Shown here piece by piece: positions 28,905 through 41,001 of a stretch of 64,000 nucleotides of DNA. This DNA is from Methanoregula sp. (GTDB taxonomy: Archaea; Halobacteriota; Methanomicrobia; Methanomicrobiales; Methanospirillaceae): NCBI GenBank assembly GCA_039698055.1, contig JBDKTL010000021.1, positions 32,001-96,000 on the forward strand, written 5' to 3'. Each line of letters starts with the position of its first letter. Within the stretch, counting starts at the first letter, position 1. The position numbers and the translations under genes were made by a program. Below the pieces are notes generated by a model. That model was not told the DNA's origin. It made no database searches and was given only the letters and a program-made list of their open reading frames with translations.

Positions 28905-29831
28905 ATGACGTCCTCATCCCATCTGCTCCGGTCAATCATCACCGGCGTTTTCATCCTCTTCATCCTCGCAATTTTCCCTGCGATCATCTTCCCGGCTGCC
29001 GGTACGGGGCCGGTTCCGGCTCCATTGCCTGCACCGGTAAGCCCGCACGCGTTTGTTGTCACGATGGCAGAAGTGCCACCTCTCGAAGCGTTCCCCAACG
29101 TCACGCTGTATAAACTCATGAGCCCCGCACGGGCGCAGGAAAAAGCCGCGACCTATCCCATCACGGAAGATCTGTCCTTGGTGAATATTGCCCCGGGTGA
29201 AGGGACCCGGCCGCACATCCTTTTGGGGACACCGGAGGTTATGTACCTGCTTGACGGAACTGCCACCGTTTGTGCGAACGGGAGCATGACAGAAGTCTCG
29301 GCAGGAGAACTCGTATTCATCCCGGGCGATACCGTCCAGTCGACCGCCAATAACGGCAGGACACCGCTCCGGTACATCTCCCTCCTCGACCCGTATTACG
29401 CCGAATCACGGGAAATACGGCCGAACGTCACTGCAACAACCGACATTTCCCGGGACAGCGTGCCCCTTCGCACCTGGAACCGGAACGATACAACCCCGCT
29501 CGTGTCATTTGACCGGATGAAAATTTACCAGATGGTCAGTCCTGCCGCCACGGACCACAACGGGCTGAATATGACCGTCCCGTTCAGCTGGGCATATGTA
29601 ACCGTCCCGGCAACAGGCGGGTCTCTCCCCCATACCCTGAATGCGACCAGCGAAGTGATCTATGTCATCGCAGGTTCAGGAACGGCACATATCGGGAACG
29701 AGACCTTCGCGCTGCATAAAGGAGATACGCTCTTTATTCCCCCCGATACCGTCCAGTCGGTAACGAACACGGGGTCTGTGCCTCTTGAATACCTGTCCCT
29801 GCTCGACCCGTACTGGCGGCCGGAAACCTGA
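28905..29831 (+). CDS. Exported/membrane-anchored bicupin protein
   Basis: N-terminal hydrophobic helix. Two cupin repeats (IPGDTVQS..N.G..PL.Y.SLLDPY and IPPDTVQS..N.G..PL.Y.SLLDPY). Confidence 0.75.
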   Translation: MTSSSHLLRSIITGVFILFILAIFPAIIFPAAGTGPVPAPLPAPVSPHAFVVTMAEVPPLEAFPNVTLYKLMSPARAQEKAATYPITEDLSLVNIAPGEGTRPHILLGTPEVMYLLDGTATVCANGSMTEVSAGELVFIPGDTVQSTANNGRTPLRYISLLDPYYAESREIRPNVTATTDISRDSVPLRTWNRNDTTPLVSFDRMKIYQMVSPAATDHNGLNMTVPFSWAYVTVPATGGSLPHTLNATSEVIYVIAGSGTAHIGNETFALHKGDTLFIPPDTVQSVTNTGSVPLEYLSLLDPYWRPET

Positions 29832-29874
29832 AAAAAATGGATCTCGTTTTTTTACCGGCACAATATGGGGGAAC

Positions 29875-30774
29875 ATGCACATGACCCGGCTGGATGATTT
29901 TCTTATGCCCCTGCACGAGGGCGTCTGGGAGGTCAGTGTCGCAAAAACCTCCATCACCGAACCACCCGGCCCGGCGTGGAAACAGTCGGCAATCAATATT
30001 CCCTCGCCCGGCACCATTGCCAGTTACCGGAACGGCCAGTACCATGCGCACGAGACACAGGACGAATGGAAAGTACATCTGGATCGCTATGATCCAGAAG
30101 TCCACCCCATCCTGCACCTTACCGATGACGCTCCTCTTCTCCTGATGATCGCAGGAACAGTTGGCACACTCATCCACCATGCAGGGATACATCCCGGTGA
30201 CGATACCGATCTAATCGTTAAAGAACAGCAGTTGTCATGGCAGCGCCAGGTACTGGTAGGCGTTGCAGTTCTTATTGCCGGTTCACGCATCATCTCAGAT
30301 CCCCTTGGATTTTTTTCTGACATTACCCGGATCCTCATCCCGCTTTTCCTCGCGGGTCTTGGCGTCGTTGTGCTCTGGAAAAGCCTTGATGCCCGGTCGC
30401 CCGGGTCGTTCTATGGCGAGGGTATCGTGCAGGGAGTCTGCATCATCGGTGCAGGGGTTGTTGCCGGGTTCCTGCCGGAACTGTTGTGGAGTCTTGTGAT
30501 TCTCATCGTGCTTGGCGTGTGGTCCTGTGCGAGTGCGGTTATCCTGCTGGCCCGGGTTTTCAAAGGACGGGCTGCCGTGCCCGAGGGTTTTTTCAGCCGT
30601 ATGATCATCGGGGGATGCTCCCTGCTCTTTGCCGTGCTGCTCTTTGTGGCGCCAAAAGCCGGGGTGCTTATTCTCACCGGCCTGCTTGGCATCATTGCAT
30701 CGCTTGCCGGGCTGGTTCTTGTCATCAACGGCCTGCGCCTCCGGGAACGGATGAAAAACCGGAGAGGTGCATAA
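29875..30774 (+). CDS. Membrane protein with C-terminal HdeD/DUF308-like TM region and His-rich N-terminal domain
   Basis: Soluble N-terminus (YHAHE, VHLDRYDP, HPILHL) followed by about six TM helices. Confidence 0.7.
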   Translation: MHMTRLDDFLMPLHEGVWEVSVAKTSITEPPGPAWKQSAINIPSPGTIASYRNGQYHAHETQDEWKVHLDRYDPEVHPILHLTDDAPLLLMIAGTVGTLIHHAGIHPGDDTDLIVKEQQLSWQRQVLVGVAVLIAGSRIISDPLGFFSDITRILIPLFLAGLGVVVLWKSLDARSPGSFYGEGIVQGVCIIGAGVVAGFLPELLWSLVILIVLGVWSCASAVILLARVFKGRAAVPEGFFSRMIIGGCSLLFAVLLFVAPKAGVLILTGLLGIIASLAGLVLVINGLRLRERMKNRRGA

Positions 30775-30856
30775 TTTTTTTGCCCCTGAACCGGTACAAA
30801 AAAATATCGCGGATGACTACTAACCGTTTCCTATACCAACGCAGTGGCGGGATACT

Positions 30857-31531
30857 ATGGAAATCGTACCGGGAATTCATCAGGTTGACGGTGTAAAAGC
30901 CAATTGTTATATTATTGTCGGGGACTCGCTGACCCTCATCGATACAGGATTCCCTCATTCCACCAAAAAAATTGTGAAATATATCGAAGAAATCCTGAAA
31001 CGAAAACCATCGGATATCAACACAATAGTCCTGACGCATGCCCATATTGACCATATCGGTAATGTCGGTGAGCTTAAAAAGATCAGCAATGCAAATGTGG
31101 CAATCCACGAGGCGGAAGCAGACTACCTTACCGGGAGAAAACCCCAGCCCGCAAGGAAAAGTTTTCTGGGGATTATCCTAAAAGTCATGGGCCTGTTCTT
31201 CAAAGCCCCGCATCTCGAACCGGATATCCGGTTAAAAGATGGCGATATTATCGATGGGCTGACCTGCATTCACACACCGGGACACGCGCCGGGAAGTATC
31301 TGCCTTTTTTCTTCCTCGTCAAAGGTCATGTTTGCCGGTGACCTGTTGAGATTTGACGGCAGAAAAATCGAGGGTGCTCCACGACAGTTCACCATGGACA
31401 CAGCTGAATCGGAGCGATCAATTAAAAAAATTGCTGCACGGGATTTTGACGTCATGCTCCCGGGACATGGGATACCGCTGAGACCAGATGCTTCGGTAAA
31501 AATCAGGGAATATACGGATTCATTGCCCTGA
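30857..31531 (+). CDS. MBL-fold metallo-hydrolase
   Basis: LIDTG, THAHIDHIG, HTPGHAPG, AGD and PGHG motifs. Confidence 0.9.
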   Translation: MEIVPGIHQVDGVKANCYIIVGDSLTLIDTGFPHSTKKIVKYIEEILKRKPSDINTIVLTHAHIDHIGNVGELKKISNANVAIHEAEADYLTGRKPQPARKSFLGIILKVMGLFFKAPHLEPDIRLKDGDIIDGLTCIHTPGHAPGSICLFSSSSKVMFAGDLLRFDGRKIEGAPRQFTMDTAESERSIKKIAARDFDVMLPGHGIPLRPDASVKIREYTDSLP

Positions 31532-31857
31532 TTGGGGACAGGATTTTTTTTATTTTCTCCATGGGATGCCCGGGCATTGCGGTGGAATTGCCAAGGACGC
31601 GAAACAAAAGTCCATCGTGCCTGCTTTTGTCCCGCTGAACAAGCGGTGAAGGCACGATATCCATAACCTTATTTCGTTTCTGCTCCGATTCCCCATGAGA
31701 GGAGGAGGGATACATGTACACAATCTGGCAAAATGTACGTCATAACAATGCCCACTGTGCCTTGTTTGGGCTGGTGAAGTACAACAAAAGACGGTCTGCC
31801 CACAACCATGACCGGCAGGTCAGGGTGGACTGAACGTACTGAGGGGGGAAACCAAGA

Positions 31858-32706
31858 ATGGAAAGCATAACCGCAGAAAAACTCCGGCTCGACTATGAGC
31901 CCGTGGCAATTCTCTGGAGCAACACTAAACCCGATGGAGCATTGCAGATAAAACCGCATGCACAGACCTGCATCATGCCCTTTTTTGCGCAGGTTGCAAC
32001 CAAAGGAAAGACCGCCGTGTTTGACCGGGAGAGTTACGGGTGTCCCGGCGCCCGTGCAGGACTGGGATTTGGCAACGGGTACTACGATGCGTTTGGCGGT
32101 GCCGGTGTTGAGTTCATGTCTGCATTTTTTGTGAAAGGCAAAGAGAGCAGCAGCAACCCGGATGCGTATTGCGCCATCGTACAGCACGTCATAAAACGGG
32201 AGCGTGCCAAGTTCATCCATGGCGAGCGCCTGCATACAAGCACAAAAAAGGCAAAGAAGTTTATGACCGAAGAATTGCCGATCACCGACATTGCCGAAAA
32301 ATACGTGATCTTCAAACCGCTCAGCAGGGTGCAACCGGATGAGAAGCCGGTGGTGATAATTTTTCTTGCTGACCCGTTACAGATCACCGGGCTCGTGACA
32401 CTGGTCAGCGCAATCCGCGAAGGCACCGATTCAGTACGGGTTCCGCCGATGGCTGCCTGCCAGCAGATCGGGGCATTTGTCTACGATGAGGCAAAAAAGG
32501 AGCACCCGCGTGCAGTGCTGGGATACACGGATCTTGCCGCACGGGCAAATGTGGGAAAAATTATTCCGGAAAACATGTTCACGTTTGCCGTACCGTACGC
32601 ACTCTTCCGGGAAATGGAAGATGAAGCAAAGGACGGGGTATTTGACGGCCCGATCTGGACCGGACTGGCAGGAGACGCACGAGGTGAAGTTCATGACCGA
32701 AGATAA
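31858..32706 (+). CDS. DUF169 family protein
   Basis: EPVAI, GCPGARAGLGFG, YVIFKPL, P..IIFLADP.Q and AACQ pattern. Confidence 0.75.
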   Translation: MESITAEKLRLDYEPVAILWSNTKPDGALQIKPHAQTCIMPFFAQVATKGKTAVFDRESYGCPGARAGLGFGNGYYDAFGGAGVEFMSAFFVKGKESSSNPDAYCAIVQHVIKRERAKFIHGERLHTSTKKAKKFMTEELPITDIAEKYVIFKPLSRVQPDEKPVVIIFLADPLQITGLVTLVSAIREGTDSVRVPPMAACQQIGAFVYDEAKKEHPRAVLGYTDLAARANVGKIIPENMFTFAVPYALFREMEDEAKDGVFDGPIWTGLAGDARGEVHDRR

Positions 32707-33472
32707 TTTCAGGGAGATCGGAGCGCGGCTGGCGAGTGCATTCCGGCTGACCACACGGCCGCTTGCGGTATATGGAGCAAAAACCCTGCCGGGCGGCACC
32801 GTCCACCTTCCCGAGGTGAACCGGTGCTTTGCGGTTTCACTGTTCCGGATGGCAACTGAAAAGGGACTGTCGGCAATCCATGTCAGTGCGGACTCGGGCG
32901 TCGGGTGTTGTGAGGGAGGTCTCGCCCATATGGGATTTCATCCTGAACCTGATGACATCAGGTATTTTGTATCCACCGGGAAAAAAGATGTGCGGGGAGG
33001 TGCCGCAGAATATCTCAAGGCAAGTCCTGATCTCGTGGAGCGCTGTCTTAAAGCGTTTGGCACAATCACGCCCCCGGGGAAATATCTCATAATCCAGACC
33101 TGTGAAACACTTCCTGATAAAAATCCCGGTGTCAGGTCGATCTGCTGCTTTGGAACTGCTGAACAGATCCGGAACATGGCGGCCCTTGTCCATTTCGACC
33201 GTGACGACCCGTTCTCACCGGTGATTGTCCCGTGGGGCTCATCCTGTTCGACCTTCATCACCTTCCCGGCGGGGATGGCAGAGAACGCACCGAAAAATTC
33301 TGCATTCATAGGACCGCAGGACCCGACACAGAACAGGAATCTCCCGGCCGATATGATGGCGATCGGCATTCCTGCCGGACTGGCAGTACGGATGGCAGAG
33401 AACCTTGACGCGTCGTTTATTGTCAGGAGGCCGCAGGTTGCATTTCCCCGGCACGGGACCCCGTCAACCTAA
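32693..33472 (+). CDS. DUF169 family protein (second, tandem)
   Basis: RPLAV, RCFA, CCEGGLAHMGF, EQIRN and WGSSCS motifs. Overlaps the upstream DUF169 gene. Confidence 0.75.
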   Translation: MTEDNFREIGARLASAFRLTTRPLAVYGAKTLPGGTVHLPEVNRCFAVSLFRMATEKGLSAIHVSADSGVGCCEGGLAHMGFHPEPDDIRYFVSTGKKDVRGGAAEYLKASPDLVERCLKAFGTITPPGKYLIIQTCETLPDKNPGVRSICCFGTAEQIRNMAALVHFDRDDPFSPVIVPWGSSCSTFITFPAGMAENAPKNSAFIGPQDPTQNRNLPADMMAIGIPAGLAVRMAENLDASFIVRRPQVAFPRHGTPST

Positions 33473-33611
33473 GAAAATTTTTTTTAATTTTGAAACGAGA
33501 ACGACGGCCTGCGCTCCCCGGTCCCTTCGTTTCCATCTCTGACTCTATAAAACCGCTGTAACGAAAAACGAAAGGAGCGTTTAAAAGCCCCTCGGGCTGT
33601 ACCTTGATACT

Positions 33612-34568
33612 ATGAACGTGATCGAAGTCTCGCATCTTTCCAAACAATTTGGCACGCTGACGGCACTGGATGACGTCAGTTTTTCCGTGTCCAGGGGCGA
33701 GACATTTGGTTTTCTTGGCCCAAACGGCGCAGGCAAGACCACCACCATCCGCATCCTGACCGGTATCAGTGCCCCGAGCAGCGGCTCGGCAACCATTTTT
33801 GGGAAAGATATTATCCGGGAAGCCATTGCCGCCCGCAAACAGATGGGAATTGTTCATGAGACCTCGAACGTGTACGATGATCTTTCGGCATGGCAGAACC
33901 TGATGTTCACTGCCGAGCTCTATACCGTCGGGAAACACGAACGCGAAAAACGGGGATTGGAACTTCTCGAACTCTTCGGTCTCCTTGCGCGACGAAACGA
34001 TAAAGTTCACGGGTTTTCAAAAGGGATGAAGCGCCGGCTCACGCTTGCAATGGGGCTTGTCAACAACCCCCGGCTCCTGTTTCTTGACGAGCCGACATCG
34101 GGACTTGACGTCCAGAGCAACCTTATTATCCGGGAGGTGATCCGGGATCTCAATGCACAGGGTGTGACGGTCTTCCTGACGACGCATAACATCGAAGAGG
34201 CAAATCTTGCCTGCGACCGGGTAGCGATTATCAACCACGGGCGGATCGCCGCAATCGATTCTCCTGAACGATTGAAAAAGACGATCCAGAGCGCCCAGTC
34301 AGTCGAAGTCGCCTTCGATACAACACGTCCCGGCCGTATCGATGAATTAAAACAGATCCCAAAGGTGAGCGAAGTCCGAAAGGAGGGGGATAAGTTCCGG
34401 CTTTTCACCGAAGATCCCTCATCCGTGATCCCCGCGATCATGGAGTACGCGAACACGGGCAACGCGAAGGTGCTCAGCATGACCACGTTCGGGCCAAGCC
34501 TCGAAGATGTCTTCATCAAGCTGACCGGCCTTGAGATCCGGACAAAAGGGGTGAGCACGGTTGACTGA
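33612..34568 (+). CDS. ABC-2 type exporter ATP-binding protein
   Basis: GPNGAGKTT, FSKGMKRR, LDEPTSGLD, TTH and SLEDVF motifs. Confidence 0.92.
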   Translation: MNVIEVSHLSKQFGTLTALDDVSFSVSRGETFGFLGPNGAGKTTTIRILTGISAPSSGSATIFGKDIIREAIAARKQMGIVHETSNVYDDLSAWQNLMFTAELYTVGKHEREKRGLELLELFGLLARRNDKVHGFSKGMKRRLTLAMGLVNNPRLLFLDEPTSGLDVQSNLIIREVIRDLNAQGVTVFLTTHNIEEANLACDRVAIINHGRIAAIDSPERLKKTIQSAQSVEVAFDTTRPGRIDELKQIPKVSEVRKEGDKFRLFTEDPSSVIPAIMEYANTGNAKVLSMTTFGPSLEDVFIKLTGLEIRTKGVSTVD

Positions 34569-35322
34569 AACCCCGCAGCAGCACGGGCAGGTCTATGCAG
34601 AACTCAATGCGGCATGGGCAATCGCAAAAAAAGATATCGCGATCTATTATTTCAAGCCAAACATCATCGTCTCCGGCGCTCTCTTCCCCCTGTTCATGTT
34701 CCTTGCATTTGCTGTTGGAAATTCCGCAGGCCCTTCTGTCATGATCCCGGGGCTTATCGCCATCACGATCCTCTTCTCCGCGTCGTCCATTGAACCCGTG
34801 TCGATCCCCATTGAGCGGCGGATGAAAACGTTTGACCGGCTGGTCTGTGCCCCCGTCTCCCTTCACGCGGTTGTGCTTGGCGAGAGCCTGAGCGGATTTC
34901 TCTACAGTGTCGGCATCGCATTCGTACCGTTTATTGCCGGCCTGCTCATCTTTGGGACGCCCATCCTGAATGTTGTCCCGCTCGTTGCCGGGGTCGTCCT
35001 CACCGCGTTCTGCTTTGCCACGATGGGTACCCTGTTTGCCGCCTACCCGACCGAAAGTCCCGGCGATATCATGTCCATGCTGAATATGGTCCGGCTCCCG
35101 CTCATCTTCATATCGGGGGTCTTTATCCCGGTTGCGTCGATTCCTTCTGCAGGACAGGCCCTGGTATACTTTTCTCCGCTCACGTACGGGAACGATCTCA
35201 TCCAGTCCGCCTATCACGGCCACACGATCTTCAACCCGCTGGCCGATGTCGCGATGCTGTGCGTCTTCATCCTTGTCTTCCAGTTCCTCGCAAACCGGTT
35301 GTACAAGAAATTCAATGAATGA
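34561..35322 (+). CDS. ABC-2 type exporter permease
   Basis: Six TM helices with PLIFISGVFIP and SPLTY motifs. Overlaps the ATPase gene. Confidence 0.88.
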   Translation: MTETPQQHGQVYAELNAAWAIAKKDIAIYYFKPNIIVSGALFPLFMFLAFAVGNSAGPSVMIPGLIAITILFSASSIEPVSIPIERRMKTFDRLVCAPVSLHAVVLGESLSGFLYSVGIAFVPFIAGLLIFGTPILNVVPLVAGVVLTAFCFATMGTLFAAYPTESPGDIMSMLNMVRLPLIFISGVFIPVASIPSAGQALVYFSPLTYGNDLIQSAYHGHTIFNPLADVAMLCVFILVFQFLANRLYKKFNE

Positions 35323-35396
35323 AATTTTAGAAATTTTTTTTTTTTGTAATTTCAAAACTCAATCTGTTCACCGTTTTGCACGAAAGAGTGTTCCGG

Positions 35397-35465
35397 ATGT
35401 TGTTTATGGCGATGGCCGGGGTGGTGCTGGCACGGGTGGTGGGGATGATTACGGGGATGGGATGA
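35397..35465 (+). repeat. Copy 1 of a repeated element flanking thiC (encodes MLFMAMAGVVLARVVGMITGMG*)
   Basis: Blocks of 20/23, 9/9 and 20/21 nt identity with 36842-36921. Confidence 0.6.
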
Positions 35466-35560
35466 AACAGATGAAAGGGGAAAATCCTCAGTATCACTAC
35501 CATTTCTTTACTCCGGAAGGCAGAGGTATATCGGAAACCCTAATCAGGAGCAAGGAAACT

Positions 35561-36787
35561 ATGCACACCCTTATTGAGCAGACACGGCGGGGAAAGATAC
35601 CCCGGCAGGTGACATCAGTAGCCTCGGCAGAAGGAATTGATGCCAAACTCCTGTGCGGGAGAGTTGCTGAAGGAAGCGCAGTCATCATGCAGCGCGGCCA
35701 ACATTTTACGGGCATTGGAAAAGGACTCCGTACCAAAATCAATGCCAACATCGGAACATCGACCAGCAAAGTATGTGGAGAGGATGAGATCGCCAAGGCT
35801 CAGATTGCCGAACAATACGGAGCGGATACAATAAGCGATCTCTCCATGGGCGGGAACATTAACGCAATCAGATCTGCAATCATGGCCAGAACAACGCTTC
35901 CGATAACCACCGTACCGGTGTACCAGACGGTTGTGGAAAACGGCTTAAAAGAGATGACTGCCGAGGACATCATTGCAACACTTGCGAGGCAGGCAGAGCA
36001 GGGTATCAGCTCGTGCGTGATCCATTGCGTGAGCCATACCATGCTGCAGGAATTCCGCAGGAAGAAACGAATTCTCGGCGTTGTTTCAAAAGGTGGTTCG
36101 ATTACAAGCGCCTTTATGCTGATAAACCAGTGCGAAAACCCCTTCATTGAAAACTTTGATAAGGTCCTCTCCATTTGCAAAAAGCACGATATCATACTTT
36201 CACTGGGGAATACTGCGCGAAGCGGGTGTATCCATGACCCGCGCGATAAAGCACAAATTGAAGAGATACGACAGAATGTCGCACTCGCACATCGCGCCCA
36301 TGAAAATGGGGTTCAGGTAATTATCGAAGGAACCGGTGGGCATATCCGGAGCGATCGGATCGCCTCGTATGTCCGGTATCAGAAACGGCAGTCATCTTTT
36401 CCTCTGTTTGTTGCCGGGCCTCTGCCGGTTGATATTGCTGTCGGGTACGATCATATCGCTGGCTGTGCAGGCGCGAGTATCGCAAGTGCGGCAGGAGCTG
36501 ATTATCTCTGTTATATCACGCCTGCCGAACATCTTGGGCTTCCTGATCCTGAGTCGGTTAAGGAAGGTCTCATCGCCTTCCGGATTGCTGCGCATATCGG
36601 CGACACGGTAAAATACAAAAACGTTGGAGCCGACAAAAAGGTTGCACTGATGCGGGCGGCACTTGATCGGGAAGGTCAGATATGTTGTGCTCTTGATCCT
36701 GCACGGGCACGGGAACTCGCGGATGGCGAAACTGAGTGTACGATGTGCGGTGAGTTTTGCGCTATTAAGATTATGCGAGAATTTTAA
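35561..36787 (+). CDS. thiC: ThiC-family radical SAM protein (phosphomethylpyrimidine synthase paralog, possibly Bza-like)
   Basis: TKINANIGTS, DLSMGG, YDHIA, CYITPAEHLGLP and C-terminal CTMCGEFC. Several motifs diverge from canonical ThiC. Confidence 0.8.
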   Translation: MHTLIEQTRRGKIPRQVTSVASAEGIDAKLLCGRVAEGSAVIMQRGQHFTGIGKGLRTKINANIGTSTSKVCGEDEIAKAQIAEQYGADTISDLSMGGNINAIRSAIMARTTLPITTVPVYQTVVENGLKEMTAEDIIATLARQAEQGISSCVIHCVSHTMLQEFRRKKRILGVVSKGGSITSAFMLINQCENPFIENFDKVLSICKKHDIILSLGNTARSGCIHDPRDKAQIEEIRQNVALAHRAHENGVQVIIEGTGGHIRSDRIASYVRYQKRQSSFPLFVAGPLPVDIAVGYDHIAGCAGASIASAAGADYLCYITPAEHLGLPDPESVKEGLIAFRIAAHIGDTVKYKNVGADKKVALMRAALDREGQICCALDPARARELADGETECTMCGEFCAIKIMREF

Positions 36788-36835
36788 GATTATTCTGTTT
36801 GACTTTTTGCTGGACGTCCAAAAAACGGGACCTTT

Positions 36836-36921
36836 TTCATCGCGGTGGCCGGGCTGGTACTGGCGCAGGTTGTGCATCCGGAGATGGCACGGGAGATTGG
36901 GGGGATTATTACGGGGATGGG
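36836..36921 (+). repeat. Copy 2 of the repeated element flanking thiC (FIAVAGLVLAQVVHPEMAREIGGIITGMG, gene remnant)
   Basis: Homologous to copy 1 with in-frame 24-nt and 3-nt insertions. No upstream ATG in frame (stop at 36800). Confidence 0.6.
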
Positions 36922-37533
36922 GGTGGAGAACCCTATCCTCCCATCTTACCCTCGTCAAAGTGTCCTGGGATCATGGGATCCAGACCCTGAGGGAAAATAA
37001 GTCCTATACGGGCTCCTTTTTACCTTCCATTATCCGGGCTAATACCAGAAAAACCTGTAAAACCGTCCTTTCCCCTTCTTGTGGAGAATATGCCAATAAA
37101 ATGCCCTATTTGCCAAGACACGGCACATTTGTCCGTCTTATCTGTGTCATTCTCCACCAATAATCATCAATTCTATGAGAAAAGGGCTATGCCGGGGTGG
37201 GGGAAACCCTGGTAGCGACACACGATCCGGCAGATCCCATTCTCCGTCGGAGAGCACCTTCCCGGGCGTTGGTTAAAACGTGGAAAACCTGAAAATTTGT
37301 GCGAATTCCGGCACACGTTTTCTGGAATCCCCCGTAAAATGCTCCGTCTGGCGGAATTCGGCATAGAATGGGCTTAAAAATGTACCCTAATAGACGCGTT
37401 TGGAGAGCCGATCCCAACAAAACCGTGCTGAACTACCTGAAAATGAAAAGAGGGCCTGTTTTGGGGGTACCGGGATCCCGGGTGGTTCCTGGTGCTGTGG
37501 GATGAGAGTAGGATGTTCGTTGCGTCCCTGGAA

Positions 37534-37917
37534 TCAGAATTGTTCTTCAACCCATTCAACAATCTGCTCTGCCATTTTCAGTGCGCTTTGATATTCCCGA
37601 TCCTCGATGGGCTCATAGTGGCCTGGATACCGTGTCGTTACTGCATAATACGAAAGGGCAACAGCTGCTTTCAGGGATTCCGGAACAGAAATATCATGAA
37701 CTTCCAGTGTCTCAATGAGAACAGATAATGAATGAGTGGGCGAAGGGATAATTCCCTGAAGGATCATGAATGCTTTGAGGGATTTCTCACCAGCCTGCTG
37801 GCAATCAAAGCAGAGATCCTCATAAAAAATTTCCGGGTTTTCTTTTCCCAGCTTCGCCCGGCTCAGATTGCTTTTGGCCCGCCCCAGCCACTGTTCAGCA
37901 AGCTGCCGGTTTTTCAT
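37534..37917 (-). CDS. HEPN domain protein (toxin-like partner of MNT)
   Basis: WL.RA..NL..A, CFDCQQAGEKSLKA, THSL and TTRYP HEPN motifs. Overlaps the MNT gene. Confidence 0.85.
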   Translation of the reverse strand: MKNRQLAEQWLGRAKSNLSRAKLGKENPEIFYEDLCFDCQQAGEKSLKAFMILQGIIPSPTHSLSVLIETLEVHDISVPESLKAAVALSYYAVTTRYPGHYEPIEDREYQSALKMAEQIVEWVEEQF

Positions 37918-38236
37918 AGATAATCCTGCCCTTCTGTGCAATGTCGTGATAAATGAGGAACGGGTTATCCCGGAGTTCGTCAAATGTTTCGGGGGTCTCC
38001 ACAATGACATCGACCGGCACACCAACCCCATACAGGTCACGGTAGAGTTTCATGGCGAGTTCGCGGCGGTGTTTTACCCCGGTTTTAATGACACAGATAT
38101 CGTAATCACTTTCTTTTTTCTGTGTTCCTTTTGCCCGTGAACCAAAGAGGATGATCCGTTCGGGATCGGCTGATTGTCGGATAATCTCCACGATCTTTTG
38201 TATTGGCGTTATTTTTTGTCGCGATGATATCTTCAT
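37895..38236 (-). CDS. Minimal nucleotidyltransferase (MNT) antitoxin-like protein
   Basis: IILFGSRAKG....SDYDI and VDVIV motifs. Confidence 0.88.
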   Translation of the reverse strand: MKISSRQKITPIQKIVEIIRQSADPERIILFGSRAKGTQKKESDYDICVIKTGVKHRRELAMKLYRDLYGVGVPVDVIVETPETFDELRDNPFLIYHDIAQKGRIIYEKPAAC

Positions 38237-38548
38237 GCCTTGCTTCCCCCGTTGTTATGCACCGGATTGCTTTGGTACTATTTATCTTTCCGGGTCTTAT
38301 GGTTGTTTGTCGAGGAAGGTAGATTTTATTGCCTCTTCGAGCGAAACATCCACGAAAATAAGGATTGAACCAACAAGAACCGGTCCTTGGAAATTTTCCA
38401 GCCGGAAAACGATCGGAACAAAAAAATTTCAAACCTGATTGTGATCCCGACTAAAAAAATTTCAGACAAAAAAATAATCGCAATTATTCCGGAGTAAAAA
38501 AAATAAAAAAGTTGTCCCGTACCCTTCCCTGCCGGTCAGACTTTTTTT

Positions 38549-40960
<2,412 letters not shown>

Positions 40961-41001
40961 TTAGTTTACATTTACCTAACCAAAATGCCAGATAAAAAAA
41001 A

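Noticed and set aside
35132-35560. N-terminal extension of thiC (551-aa ORF) or a TPP riboswitch
   Set aside because: The extension overlaps the permease gene and a poly-T tract, ThiC similarity begins at ATG 35561, and no TPP aptamer core is visible.
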